Shown: positions 50,157 through 63,229 of the stretch, piece by piece
Numbering within the stretch: the first letter of the stretch is position 1
Layout: each line of letters begins with the position of its first letter
NCBI GenBank assembly: GCA_030295235.1
Contig: AP026137.1
Coordinates: forward strand, 806,001 to 870,000
Source of the DNA: Fistulifera solaris
Taxonomy: Eukaryota
Reading direction: 5' to 3'
Length of the DNA stretch: 64,000 nucleotides
The notes under the pieces: model-generated
What the model was told of the DNA's origin: nothing
Database searches by the model: none
The model's input: the letters and a program-made list of their open reading frames with translations, nothing else
Program-made: the position numbers and the translations under genes

Positions 50157-51824
50157 ATGGTGCTCGCCGAGTTGGGCGGTAAACTCCGCGACTCGTTACG
50201 GAAACTGCAAACGGGAGGACATGATGTCACGAAAGCTCAATTGCAGCAAATATTGAATGAAATTGCCCGGGCCCTCATGGAAGCGGACGTCAATGTCAAA
50301 CTCGTCATGACGTTGCGTGACAAAGTACAGAGTAAAGTAGAACATTTGTTGCGCAATGAAGAAGACGAAGAAGTTACGAGACGTCATTCTTCGAATTTGA
50401 GTAAAACCGTACAACGGGCGGTGGTGGATGAGTTAGTAGCGCTCTTGTCTCCGGGAGGTGATGTCAAGGGAGCCAAAAAGGTGTACACGATGAAGCGAGG
50501 AAAACCCAATGTCATTTTGTTTCTGGGTTTACAAGGAGCGGGAAAGACTACAACGATTGCCAAGTTTGCGAATTACTATCAGCGACGTGGCTGGAAGACC
50601 GCCATGGTGTGTGCCGACACGTTTCGAGCCGGGGCGTTTGATCAGTTGAAACAAAATTCCACCAAATTACGAGTGCCCTTCTACGGAAGCTACACAGAAG
50701 CCGATCCGGTCATTATTGCCGAAAAAGGTGTCAATCAATTCATCAAAGAACGTTATGAAGTCATTATTGTCGACACGTCGGGTCGGCATCGACAAGAGGA
50801 AGCATTGTTTGAAGAAATGCAAGAAATTGCGGCGGCGGTGCAACCCGATAACTGTGTTCTTGTGGTAGATGCTACACAAGGACAAGCGGTCTATGATCAA
50901 GCCTTGGCATTTCATAATGCTGTGGATGTGGGATCCGTGATTATCACCAAGTTGGATGGGCACGCCAAAGGTGGTGGGGCCTTGTCCGCCGTATCCGCCA
51001 CAAAGAGTCCCATTATCTTCTTGGGCTCCGGAGAACATTTTGATGACTTAGAACCCTTCAATGCACAATCTTTCGTTTCGAAACTTTTAGGCTTCGGTGA
51101 TATTCGTGGTCTCATGGATGCGATGAATTCCGTATCCGACGGAAAGTCACAGGAAGAGCTCATGAAGAAAATGTCACGAGGAGAATTCACGTTGCGGGAC
51201 ATGTACAACCAATTCTCCAAAGTCATGAATTTGGGCCCCATGAATAAACTGATGGGAATGATTCCCGGTATGCCAGATTATCTCATGCCACAAGGAGAAG
51301 AATCCACGCATCGCTTGAGAAAGTTCATGGTCATGATGGACTCCATGAGCAATGCCGAACTCGATGGTAAGGTCGATTTGCGAACCAAATATGATCCGCA
51401 GGTAGAGAAACGCATTCGACGCATCGCGGCTGGATCGGGTTGTCACCCCAATGAAGTCAAAATGTTGTTGGTCGTTCACAAACAATTTGAAGGAATGGTG
51501 AGCAAAATGGGCAAGTCGGGGATGGTGGGAAAGAACGCACAAGCTCGTCAACAACAATTGGCAGCGCAGATCAAGAAGAACCCGAATTTCATTCAACAGC
51601 GATTGAATCAGATGGATCCCAAGATGCTGCAGCAGATGGGCGGTCGGGAAAAAGTAACCGCCATGATGCAGCAAATGGCCAAAGGAGGAGGAAACGCGGG
51701 AGGCATGCCCGACATGGACGCATTGATGAGTGGCGGCATGCCGGGTGGTATGCCGGGAATGGGCGGTATGGATACGGGAGCAATGATGAAGATGGCACAA
51801 GCCATGGGCATGGGACAGCGGTAG
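50157..51824 (+). CDS. SRP54: Signal recognition particle 54 kDa subunit (cytosolic)
   Basis: MVLAELG start; GLQGAGKTT, DTFRAGA, DTSGR and TKLDGHAKGGGALS; Met-rich M domain. Intact 555 aa. Confidence 0.97.
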   Translation: MVLAELGGKLRDSLRKLQTGGHDVTKAQLQQILNEIARALMEADVNVKLVMTLRDKVQSKVEHLLRNEEDEEVTRRHSSNLSKTVQRAVVDELVALLSPGGDVKGAKKVYTMKRGKPNVILFLGLQGAGKTTTIAKFANYYQRRGWKTAMVCADTFRAGAFDQLKQNSTKLRVPFYGSYTEADPVIIAEKGVNQFIKERYEVIIVDTSGRHRQEEALFEEMQEIAAAVQPDNCVLVVDATQGQAVYDQALAFHNAVDVGSVIITKLDGHAKGGGALSAVSATKSPIIFLGSGEHFDDLEPFNAQSFVSKLLGFGDIRGLMDAMNSVSDGKSQEELMKKMSRGEFTLRDMYNQFSKVMNLGPMNKLMGMIPGMPDYLMPQGEESTHRLRKFMVMMDSMSNAELDGKVDLRTKYDPQVEKRIRRIAAGSGCHPNEVKMLLVVHKQFEGMVSKMGKSGMVGKNAQARQQQLAAQIKKNPNFIQQRLNQMDPKMLQQMGGREKVTAMMQQMAKGGGNAGGMPDMDALMSGGMPGGMPGMGGMDTGAMMKMAQAMGMGQR

Positions 51825-51985
51825 ATTTACTGGAGCAAGTTACATGCTAAATTGGATAATCCTTTGAGCATGTATCCCAGGCCAGTGAACCGCTTTGACG
51901 ACTGCAGCACTTTAATGATTTTTTTGTTTTGAAGCTATAGAGACAGCTACAGCTGATATTGTTTATAAAGTTCGTTAGGTTACAA

Positions 51986-53277
51986 TCAAATCATATTCGC
52001 GCTAGCATCGCTGGTTTCTCCGTCACTATCGTCTCGTCCTCCTACTTTCCGACTGGCTTTTAGGCGCCAAACGGCTGCCAGTATACTCCCCAAACAAGAA
52101 TGTGCCGTCGCTGACAACGCTCCCGGCAAACTGGCCAAGGGCGGAGCTCCAATCGAACGCGCTAGCACGACAGCCAGTGCTGAGTTTTGCATGCCCACCT
52201 CGATCGAAATAGTGCGCGAGCTCCGTTCGCTGCGCCCGAAAACTGTCCGAGGGATCCAGTAACCGCCGGCAAAACCGAGAGCGTGAAGTAACAGGACCGC
52301 GGGCAAGAGCGCACGGGGACCTGCTTCTCCCACCAACAAGGCAGCATTTTGAGCAACAACACCACCACAAATCAGAGCCACCAGAAGGACGGAAGCAAAG
52401 GTGTAAAGCGGCTCAAAAACCGAGCCACACGTGGTAGTTTGGCATTGAGCACCATTCCTCCGAGCACTGGTGCCAGAACAACTCGCGCCGTTGCTTCGCA
52501 CAAAGCCATACCGGATACTTGTATATTGGCCCCCACTAAGAATTTGACCAGGAGTGGTGTCATGAATACGGCCATCATAGTGGAGATAGCCGTCAAAATG
52601 ACAGAAAGAGCCACATCAGCCTGGGCAATGAGAGACACAAGATTGGAGGCGGTTCCGCCCGGAGAAGCTCCCACCAAACACAATCCCAGGAAGAGAGCGG
52701 AACCGGTAGTCGATGCCGCTGGTTGCAATAACAATTGACCTACCGTCCAAGCGGCTATGGGCATGATAGCGAATTGACAAATCACACCGAGGGGTACGGA
52801 CTTCCAATCGTCTGTCAACACTTTCTGAAAATCCTTGGTTTCCAAGGTAAGACCCGTTCCACACATGACACTGGCCAACATGATCGAAATAATATTGCCT
52901 CGATTCACCCACGTGAGTGTAGAGGGGCGGACAAGAGCGAGGATAGCGGCAGAAAGAACGAAAAGAGGAAACAGTGATGTGCATTGCGAAAGGATTTGAT
53001 CAAGGCGATTGTTTTTAGATTGTTGATTATTCTTGTTTGTTGCGTCCCCTTCACTAGCAGTTTCGGATGCAGCAGCAAGCAACTTGAAGGTAGAAACGGA
53101 TTCTTCTTGATTTAATTTCGATGAAGAGTGCGTCGCATAATTGTAAACAGGAGTTGCTCGAATCTTGAATGGCTTTTGTCGGCACGACGTAATAGGAACC
53201 GATTTCATAATCAGTGCATCATTTAGTGGCAACAGGCACAACAGTCCGCAAGTAAACGCATTTGAAAAGCACCTCAT
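51986..53277 (-). CDS. Bile acid:sodium symporter (BASS/SBF) family transporter, probably plastid-targeted
   Basis: GASPGGTASNLVS and SRTISIEVGMQNSALA motifs, multiple TM segments and an N-terminal presequence. 1-bp shift near 52400. Confidence 0.9.
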
Positions 53278-53373
53278 TCTTCAAAATAAGGATTAATCAC
53301 TTGCAAGTAGTTTATAAATAATAACAGTAATGATGAAGCAAAGATGTTCACTTGATGTTTTGTCGTCACAATC

Positions 53374-53650
53374 GGTCCAGATTTTCTGGACCAGTGTACT
53401 ACGTAGATACCACCCGCCCAGCTTTTCTGGGAATGGGAAAATACAACTGGTCCAGATTCGCCCACATTCTGGACACGTGAAAACCCCACGCGCCCACATT
53501 TTCTGGGAACGTGAAAAACCACACCCCCACATTTTCTGGGAACGTGAAAAACACACCCCATATTTTCTGGACACGTGAAAACCCCACGCGCCCACATTTT
53601 CTGGGAACGTGAAAAACCACTCACCCACATTTTCTGGGAACGTGAAAGAC
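53374..53650. repeat. Second locus of the CCAGATTTTCTGG repeat family: partial 68-bp unit then ~6 monomers of 31-34 bp
   Basis: ggtccagattttctggacca at 53374. cccacattttctgg(g/a)(a/c)acgtgaaaa-type monomers at 53461, 53493, 53526, 53557, 53591 and 53624. Confidence 0.9.
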
Positions 53651-53831
53651 CACACATGCCCCCATGCCCGCATGCCCTCATTTCCTAAAGATACACAGAT
53701 TTTTTCCGTGCATCACGAATTTTCGCTGAATGAAGAAGAGAAAGCTTGAACAGGAGAAGTAAATGATTATGAAACAATCAGCAAGTTTATACTCAAGGCG
53801 AGCAAATTGTTAAAACATCCGTCCAATCATC

Positions 53832-56800
53832 ATGACATCGAAAAGGACACCCCGCAAAGCAAAGAATGTCAAATCCCCCGTCGTTTCTTCGCTTCCCAAA
53901 CTACCCATCCCCTACTCGTCTCTTTCTCTGTCACCGGATCGACAATTTGCGGTATTAGCAAGCAAAGACACGTTACATATTGTTCAGATACATTCCAAGG
54001 GACTCAAGGCCGTCAAAACGATACCTGTCGCACAACACTTTGTACGCAATACAGGCGTTACGGGAGATACGCGGTCATCCAAGGGATCGATCTTTAGTCT
54101 GAACGAACCAGCAGCACCGTCCGCTTCGACACTGGTGAATGTTGTCATTACAGATGTCGCATGGAATTGCGGTTCGAACGCAGAAACCGAAATGGATGGA
54201 AGTCGGCATTCATCTTCGTCCACCAAAAGTATCAATACATCGGATGGATCTTTGATTGCGGCTGCTGGATCCAATGGTCTCATTGTTGTTTGGAATGCGG
54301 ATAATTTGCTGGGTGGATCCAATGCACCCGAAGTTGTTCTTAGTCAACACGCACGAGCGGTCAATCGACTCGACTGGCATCCGACGCGTCCTGGCTTGCT
54401 CCTTTCGGCCTCACAAGATGCCAAAGTACTATTGTGGGAACGCGTCAAGGCGGAAGGAGACTCGACCGAAGGAAAGAAATCACAGAATCGATTCAACCGC
54501 ATCTTTGGAGGCATGGCTGCACAGACGATGACACGGCGGTCCTTTACTTGGCATTGCCGTGCCACATTTGAACCCAAAAGTGAAGCCGTTCGTGACATCA
54601 AATGGAGTCCCTATTTCCCCGATGGTACGTTTCTTCAGATTATTGTATCCTCCGCAAACAATCGTCTCTAACGAGAACGACAGTGTTTGCTTTGGTCACA
54701 AGCAGCGGGAGTTTGATTGCGTACAACATTCATTTGTATCATAAAGCGATCGCTATACTGACAGCTCATGCTGGAGAAGCCACCACCCTGGATTGGCATC
54801 CCAAGCAACGAGGGCTTATAGCCACCGGCGGAGCTGGGGATCGCTGTGTCAAGGTCTGGAATTTACTGGAAAAGCTAATGATGGACAAAGACGATGCTTA
54901 CATGTCCTACAACTCCAACACGGTCAACAGTCGAGCGGATTCCATCAATACGGATAGTTCAATAGACAATGATAGCAGGTACAGTGAATAGATTGTTGCG
55001 TTCATTCATGTCACTCTTTCGATGCCTTTATGTTAGCCCTTCTCACTTCTTGACAGTCCGATGGTGACTTCGAGTCTTGGCTCACAAACCGGGATGATGT
55101 ATGCATCGCGGTTGAGTCCGGTGACACCCTTCTCGACACGACTGAGAGGCGGCGCTCAGCAGGAATTGTATACACTTTCCATTGCGTCTTCAGTGACGCG
55201 CGTGAAATGGCGACCCGCGTCGACAACAATCGTCAAGAATCCGGAAGCAATGGATTTGCACGAACCAATGCTGGCGGTGGCAACGTCGTCCATTAAGGGA
55301 GCTAGTGCTGGAGGAGCCGGACAAGTTTCGTTATGGTCCTGGAGTCGTCCATTCATGCCCGTATGTGTTTTGGAAGGACACACAGAAGGAGCAGTTCCAG
55401 ACTTTGATTGGATAGACACACCTGCTTCGGAATCGATACAAAAGGATTTGTTCAGCGGAAAGCTTTCCAAAGATGGAGGAGGAGCATCAAACAACAAAAA
55501 GGCTCCTCTAACTGGAAAACACCGTTACAGGGAGACGTGGTGCAGTTTGATGCGATGGAACAAGACGGCTATCTTGGATTAAATTTCTGGCAACATATCT
55601 TGAGCGTGGGTAGGGATGGGCGGTGTCTCATTCAAAGTTTTGTTAGAGGTAAGACCTTCACAGCATTGCTCGCTTCCGCTTGCTTTCCCTTGACCTAATG
55701 ATTCTTGTTTGGCTAGGTGACAGGCCCATTGCACGAGTTCCCCCTTCTTGCTTCTCAATGGCAAATTTATCACCCTTCCAAGAAGGTTACGGCTCTCTTC
55801 AAATTTTCTCCATTTGTCAGCCAGTTCCATCGGGACAAAAGGACGACTTTTTACTCACCGGCTTGCGCCGCGATGCTAATACGGCGAAAGCGCCGGGTAT
55901 ATTCCGCGAAGATCCGATCCTGGAAGATGATAAACTCAAGAAAGAGGCCCTGCTTGATACTTGGACCATCGGCAGTCATGTACCAACTAATATGCCAGAG
56001 CTTCACTTCAACGTGATCGATCAGGGACACTTGGAAGAATTCGAGGATGATGCTCATCACATTGAAAGTCGTGGCATTCGGATTGCCCCGGAAGTTGTTC
56101 ACTTTTCGAGATTTGCAGATCGATACGAGTATTACGTCGGTGAGAAGTACGAAACTCGAGTAGAGATATGTATGCACAATGCTCGGGTGGCGAACTCTTT
56201 GCGATTCGGACAGTTAGCTGAAATGTGGAAATTACTAGCCATCATGCTCGATAATGCTGGAACTGACGGATTAACAGAGGCAGGGCCTAATGTCGGAAAT
56301 GTGATGGAATTTATTATGCTTCCTACAATTCGATCCATGTTGGAGGAACGAGCGGATGCTGGCGACCTGCAAACATGCGTCACGTTGTGCGAGGTCCTTC
56401 AAGTTGTGACCCAAGACGAGAAAGTGAAAATACCTAACATTGACATTGAATTGATCCGGGAATGGTATTTAGCGTACATTGACATCCTCCGCGACATGTG
56501 TCTGTTCTCTCAGGCAAGCCATTTGATCAGAAACTGTGATGATCCGTTTATAAAGGCGCTGAACAAGCAATCCACAACGTAAGTTCGATGCGCACCAATG
56601 CTTCGTCGCAGATGCTTGATGAAAAACTAATTTCTGTGATCCTGTCCGTAGAATTCATGAATGCTGTCCAAGCTGTGGGAAGTTGCTTCTTTCGTCCGAT
56701 GGCGCGGATTCGATTGGGGAGTCGAGTTCCGTGAGAAGACAGTGCAAGAGCTGCCGCCGCCGAATAGGCTTTTGTTTTCTCTGCCACGAGCCAGTGAAAG

Positions 56801-57015
56801 GCATTTATGTCTGGTGCCCTGGTTGCGGTCATGGTGGTCACCTTGAGCATGCCTTGGAGTGGTTCGGTGGCTCCAATGGCAATCCTGTTCGAGAAATGTG
56901 CCCGACGGGTTGCGGACACCGTTGCAACATGTTGCAGCAGCTCAATGCGTTTCCTAGGACTGATTCTTTGCTGCGCGAATCGAATGCACAGAACGATATG
57001 ATTGATCTAATTTAA
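53832..57015 (+). CDS. WDR24: GATOR2/SEACAT complex subunit WDR24 (Sea2/Rtc1)
   Basis: WD40 repeats (HARAVNRLDWHP...LLLSASQD, SEAVRDIKWSP, AHAGEATTLDWHP) and a C-terminal zinc/RING region CFLCHEPVKGIYVWCPGCGHGGHLEH...CPTGCGHRC. Several short introns (~54625-54683, ~54979-55055, ~55649-55716, ~56579-56651; boundaries approximate). Confidence 0.88.
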
Positions 57016-57052
57016 AAACGATATCCGATAGCCCGAAAGCTGCGACTGCTTT

Positions 57053-57349
57053 CTAATGGTGTTTAACGTCGTACGGGTCGTCTCTGGGTCGTTCAATAAA
57101 GAACGCCAAAGCCAATATCAAGCCAAGTACCCCTCCCCAAACTTTTTGACTGATCAAACCGGCAAAATGCAGTTGCATTTTGTAATGATAAGCTTTTTCT
57201 TCATCTACCAAGGTTGCGCTACTGAGAAGAACTGATGATATCAAGCTGACGAGAAAGGATATAAAAGAAACCACAAGCCATTTGAGGTTCTTAATTGACA
57301 TGGCTGTACCTTGTTTCATCGATATTGTCGCTAGAGCAGACGATATCAA
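57053..57349 (-). CDS. Possible small membrane protein (start uncertain)
   Basis: 98-aa ORF with two hydrophobic segments, filling the gap between WDR24 and P5CS. No clear ATG start. Confidence 0.3.
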   Translation of the reverse strand: MISSALATISMKQGTAMSIKNLKWLVVSFISFLVSLISSVLLSSATLVDEEKAYHYKMQLHFAGLISQKVWGGVLGLILALAFFIERPRDDPYDVKHH

Positions 57350-57853
57350 TGCAGCCAGATGAGCATTCCCCGCTACGAGGCAGCAGCAGTTGATAACGAG
57401 AAGGATCTTTGTTGCATTTCGGTGTTTGCGATTCCAACCGGTCGATGTTTCTGTGGCGGCGACATCTTGTTGTTAAGCGATAACTAAGCACAGTTTCCTC
57501 TGTTTGAGTTCCGGGCAGGAAATGGATACATTCGTTGATTTTCAAGAACGGAAATGGAAATGTCGAAAGAATAAAACATCACCATCAAAAGTCAGTCGTA
57601 CATGGAAACGGTGACCTCGAGTCGTGTTTGGGCTTAGTCATGATATCGTACCGGTTCCTGATAGTACAATCAGGAACATAGCCACGAAAGAAGCGTCAAG
57701 CACCATTCATTTGTTATCTCTATCTCTAATAAGCTGTCTCTTCCAGTTGTAATGACCTCATTATTTTCATGTCTTTTCGCAAACACGCACCACATTCCTT
57801 TGATTGCATTGAAACATCATTTTACGGAGTCTTCGTTGCTTCATTGCCTAAAT

Positions 57854-60170
57854 ATGTCTACTACAGAGCCTCCTAGTCGTGCTGCGTTGCGCCGAGCCCG
57901 CCGCGTATGTGTAAAAGCCGGCACTAGCGTTGTGGCGAACGAGAACGGAAGTCCTTCGTTGACTCGCTTGGGTGCTATCGCCGAACAGATTGCGGAGCTG
58001 TGCAATGCGGGTGTCGAAGTTATCTTTGTTAGTTCCGGCGCTGTCGGTATGGGGAAGCGGCTTTTGCGCAAACAAAGCAACCTACTCATGTCCTTTCGCG
58101 ATCTACAAGGCGAATCGACCTCCAACGAGAAGCTCTTGCGTACCAAGAGTTTCGAGTCGTTGCTGGCCGGTACCGTACGTCCCCATTCGTCGGCAGAAAA
58201 GAAAAAAGTTTTACGATTCGGCTTGTGCATCGGCGGGTCAGTTTGAGATGATGAATCTGTACAGCAATCTTTTTGCGCAGTGCGATGTGTCCCCTTCTCA
58301 GATTCTCGTCACGCAAACGGACTTTACCGATGAAAGACGCTTGCACAATCTCAAGTACGCGATCGACCGATTGCTTGGGCTGGGAATCGTCCCCATCATT
58401 AACGAGAATGATGCAGTGAGTGCCAATCTTGGATACGGGCCGGATGATGTCTTTTCGGATAATGACTCTCTAGCGGCTCTTTGTGCACGCCATTTTGGTG
58501 CGGAAGTGCTGTTGTTATTGACCGATGTACCGGGTGTTTACGACCGTCCTCCGTCGGACCCCTCTTCAAAGTTGTTGCCGTTCTACAAATCCGGAGAATC
58601 GTCTGTGGAGATTGGCGCCAAATCCGCACAAGGCCGAGGAGGCATGGCGTCCAAAATTGACGCGGCACTCTCGGCGGTGCAACCAGGATCCCCCTGCAGT
58701 GCTTGTGTGGTGGCGGCGGGCAGTGATCTCAACACTATCCGTGCCGTCTTGGGCCCTCCCGGAAAGCACAGTTCAACGGGCACTCTTTTCTGTACGCCGG
58801 GTAGTGATTTGGAGCAGCAAGCTCTTCTCGATTACGCTGTCAACAATTTAGATGAAAACGTCTCGGACGAAGCTCGTCGAAAGGCTGTAGCAGCTCGAAC
58901 CGAAGCCCGCAAGCTGTTGGCTATGCCGCATTCTGTGCGACAAGATATTCTCAAGGAAATGGCCAGTGCCCTGTTGACTCGGAAATCGGAACTACTAGAA
59001 GCCAATGCGAAGGATATAACAGCGGCCGAGACAGAGGACGTCGCTTCTGCTTTGAAAAATCGACTCAAACTGACGGAAGACAAGTTAGCTACGCTTGCCG
59101 CCGGACTGGAACAACTGGCCGACATGGCTGATCCTCTTAATGTAGTCAAAAGCAAGCGTGAGCTGGCGGATGGTCTGGAGCTATCCCTTGTTACTGTTCC
59201 AATCGGAGTCCTCATGATTATATTCGAGTCTAGACCAGACTCCATGCCCCAGATCACTGCACTTGCCATTGCCAGTGGTAATGGCTTGCTGCTCAAAGGC
59301 GGAAAAGAAGCTACGCATTCAAACCAAGCAATCTACGAGGTTTTAGGAGATGCAATTGAAAAAGGAAGCGGTGGGAAGGTTAAGCGGGACATTATTGCGT
59401 TGATTACCAGTCGAGGACAGGTTGCAGACATGTTAGCCTTGGATGAAGTGATTGACCTTGTCATTCCTCGTGGAAGTAATGCTCTTGTATCTTACATTAA
59501 AGCGAACACGCGAATTCCCGTGCTTGGTCACGCCGACGGAGTGTGTCATGTTTATGTCGACAGTTCTGCCTCTGCCGAAAATGCCTCAAAAATCGCAGTA
59601 GATGCAAAGACTGACTATCCATCAGCCTGCAACGCGATGGAGACGTTGCTTCTTCACGAGGATTGTATTTCGAACGGCGTCGGTCCGACTGTACTCATGG
59701 CCCTGCGAGCAGCTGGTGTTAAGTGTCTTGGTGGTCCGAGGGCAATGAAGGTTGGGCTTTGTGATAGTGCAGCACTAGAGCGAAAGGTCGAATACGGAGA
59801 TTTAACTTGTCAGGTAGAGGTGGTTTCCAGTCTTGACGAAGCAGTTGATTGGATCCATGCTTACGGTAGTGGTCATACCGAGACAATTGTTTGCAGCGAA
59901 GACAGTCCGGCTGGAGAGGAATTCATCAAACGAGTCGATGCGGCTTGTGTTTTCAAAAACGCGTCAACTCGTTTCACTGACGGGTTCAGGTTTGGCCTCG
60001 GAGCAGAGGTTGGAATTGCGACCGGCAGAATCCATGCACGCGGTCCTGTTGGAGTGGAAGGACTGCTAACCACAAAGTGGCAGCTGCGGTCCACGAAAGG
60101 TATACATTACGTGTCCGAATTTAGTGGAAAAGATCCACGGAAATCTTACACGCACAAGGAATTGATGTGA
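57854..60170 (+). CDS. P5CS: Bifunctional delta-1-pyrroline-5-carboxylate synthase (glutamate 5-kinase + gamma-glutamyl phosphate reductase)
   Basis: Kinase motifs VKAGTS, VSSGAVGMG, PIINENDAV, DNDSLAA and GRGGMASK. Reductase motifs IFESRPD, KTDYPSACNAMETLL and FGLGAEVGIATGRIHARGPVG. 1-bp shift in the A run near 58205. Confidence 0.95.
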
Positions 60171-60293
60171 AGATATTTGCTCAATCTAATCAAACAAACA
60201 TCTAATTTAAGATGAATTTTCTTGTTTACATTAGCTTCCATTCTATGCGGGGTATTGGTCGAGGATCCGTCAAATAGGTATGCTTAAACTAAA

Positions 60294-63096
60294 CTATTGC
60301 TCCGATTTCATAACGTTCCGACTGACGAATGCCCGTACAAAAGTTCCCGTAAGTTTCGGCAATACAGCAACTCTCGCCTCCTCACCAACAAAAGCACCGA
60401 AATTCTCAATTGACAACTTCTTTCGCTTTGAAGACCCATTCAGATCGGTTATTGTAAGCACGTTGGCCGGTCGTTTAGCAGCTTTAATGCCAACGAGGTG
60501 CAGCCCGAGCGTGGGTACCATTTTGCCGGCGCTTTAGCAGAAGACGGTGGTATGTATTTAATGTCCACACCTTCATTGCTGTCCATATTGATGCAGGTAA
60601 TTTCTCCGTTTTTAAACAACGTGTACAAAACTGTCCTTGAAACATCTCCATCATCCCATTCATCTGAGAGCCGCTGACTAGCACCGCCTACGAGACCGAC
60701 AATCTCGTCATCGTAGATCATATTGACTTGCTCCTCTAATTGGAGACCGGTCTTCAAATCGAGAAGTACCACACGCGATTTGTTGTTCGTTAAGTCTATC
60801 AATATCACCGAAACAAGGCCCGCAAGCGGAATTATGCTCCGAATAGACCATTCACCCGACGGTGATCTCCAGAACCAATCTTTGGAGGAAATCCCCTTGT
60901 TTGCGTAAGGCGACTGAAGAGCGATCGAAGACGACGATTGACTCAGAAGCATGCCCTCAAGTTCTCCTGACTTTACAAAATGAACTGTTTCAACAATATC
61001 GTCGCCTTCATCGTGACGGAGGGACGTAAGTAGCGTCACATTATGGCGGTCCCAAAGAGTCACCAAATTACCAAAACCTATCGCTAAAACAGAAGAATCA
61101 TTCGAAAACGACACTGCTGATGGACCCGACGAAGCGTTTGCGTAGCCAGATGGAAACTGAATTCGGTACGTGCAGTTCCAATCGTCACCTTCCTCTTTTG
61201 TACTCCGTCTCCAAAGCCGAAATGCTTTTTCGTCGTTGCTTACTGTACAAGCGTATTTTCCATCCGCGGATAGAGCAGCGGAGGAAACTTTGCCCGTGGA
61301 CCATGTGGCGAAGCCATAGCGGCACACGGATCGAAAGCAAGGGAATTCTCGTTGAACTTCCAAAATCGTATCGTCGAAACTGTTCCAATCATCGTGCCGT
61401 CTTCTAACTGTTCAATGACTCCAATGGCGCTGTTCTCTGTTGGAACCGTGTCAATCGTTAAAAGCCGCTTAGCAATTGCATCCCATTCGGCATGAATAAT
61501 AGTCGGCGCCGGCAATTGACTTTGACTGTATTTCATGCGACTGACGCGATTGAACGGGGCGACTTGCAAGGTTGCAATGACCTCCTGTTGTCTCACATCA
61601 TACGTTTGAATATTCCCCGCAGCTTTCGCCAGGCCAGCACATAATATTTTCGGGCTCGAAAATCCCATAGAAGTAGGGTCAAGGATCATTTTAGGACTTC
61701 CTGATAAAATGTTGCGCTTGTCTCCAGCTCCTAGTCCCTGAACTTTCCACTTCAAGTGCTGGTTGTGCGTCTCGAAGAGATGAAGAGAGTTGTCTGCGCA
61801 GTAGACAAGCAGACTATCTGCTTCACCGCTCTGGTGCGAAGAAACCATGTGAACGATTCCGGCCAAAGCAATGCGTGGTAAGACTTCGGCGGGTTTGTCG
61901 GAACCGCGCGAAAGTTGCCATGTGACGATTACGCTCTCTTCGGCACCACTGTAGAGCATGGAATCGCCAGCAGACTTGGGTATACTATCAAACACCAACG
62001 TGGACACAGGGTGAGCATGCCAGTGAAACTTCCGAACCACAATACCTTTCGATGGATGGCGTGGCTTTTTATCGTTGATGAGACTTTCATTGGCAAGCTG
62101 AGCCTCATAGCGAGCCATATTGTCGTTGTACTCTTCGACACGAGGAATCAAATCAACTAAAACCTGAATTGATCCCCGCATGTGTCCACACGCTATGTCT
62201 CTTTTGTTCGGTGCTATTGCCAAAGTAGTGATTTTGTTACTGGAGCTAAGATTCCAGACAAACGGTGCGACCATGGTCGTTCCAGAATCTGTGGTTTTCT
62301 CCATGAAAATAAGGAGCGACGAAGAAAAGCCAATTACGACGACGGAGCAGTAAGGTCCATCAAGATTTGCATCATTCCCATCCTTTTCATAATTGCAGAC
62401 GGACAAACCAAACGGATTCTCCGGATTTTCTTCCGAAAACCTTGATACGTTCGATTCCAAACAGATGATGCTCGAGGAATCCAGCTTTTTCTTTTTATTT
62501 TTGCCTAGTTTCAACTGCAGCATGAACCGATAGGCACTCATAACGTTATCTCCTTTTGCGATGGCATAAACAGCCACGTGATCCTTGCGACAATAACCAA
62601 ATTGCATGTGATGGACCACACCCTCCTTCTTATTCAATTGAAAGACCTGCTGAGGTCGATAGCAGTCTCCCGGAATCCAATACGGACCACAATTCTGCAT
62701 TTTCGCACCTTTATTTCTCAAGACGTCAAGAGATAGAGTCCGGAGAGACCCATCGTTGCAAGCGAGCACAAGAATCTGGTGATCTCCCGCAGCTCCCGAC
62801 GCCACCAGATCTTTTACATTGACGGTTTGTTGGGTGGATCCAAGAGTGACAGCGGTGATTTCAACGGGCACACGTTCCGTATCCAAAGACGGTAAAATAG
62901 TCGCAATTCGTTTTCCTGTTTTGTACGCCAGAACACTGATGAATCGAGGATTGGGAAGAACAACGAAACGTTCGGACTTGCTTTCCTGAGGATCGGTAAT
63001 CAACGGAGCAAACGTGCGCCAGGCCTCGAGCGGACTTGACTCATCGATCTCGGTCTTTGTACCTAGTAGAGGGGCACCGACAAGTATTCTCTTCAT
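60294..63096 (-). CDS. WDR75: WD40 protein WDR75/Utp17 (NAN1), SSU processome t-UTP
   Basis: Signature FHWHAHPVSTL...LYSGAEESVIVTWQL...EVLPRI, further WD repeats and a C-terminal LPKLTGTFVRAF. Apparent frameshifts near 61300 and 60520. Confidence 0.8.
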
Positions 63097-63229
63097 TTTC
63101 AATCAATCCTCTTGAAAGCTTAAGCTGGATGCAGCTACAAAGAATGATTGGAATAATGCAGCTTTTTTCTTTCAGTTTTTTTGATGGTAGCCAAGGGCAA
63201 AGCGAGCGAAGGCCAGACGCCATCAAACC

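Noticed and set aside
42137..51824. Functional cluster of RNA-processing genes (PRP16, CWC15, SRP54, tRNA)
   Set aside because: This is ordinary housekeeping neighbourhood in a compact genome, interleaved with unrelated genes.
49470..53681. Short ORFs over the 68-bp and 33-bp arrays
   Set aside because: These are translations of non-3n or irregular repeats in several frames, with no coding signal.
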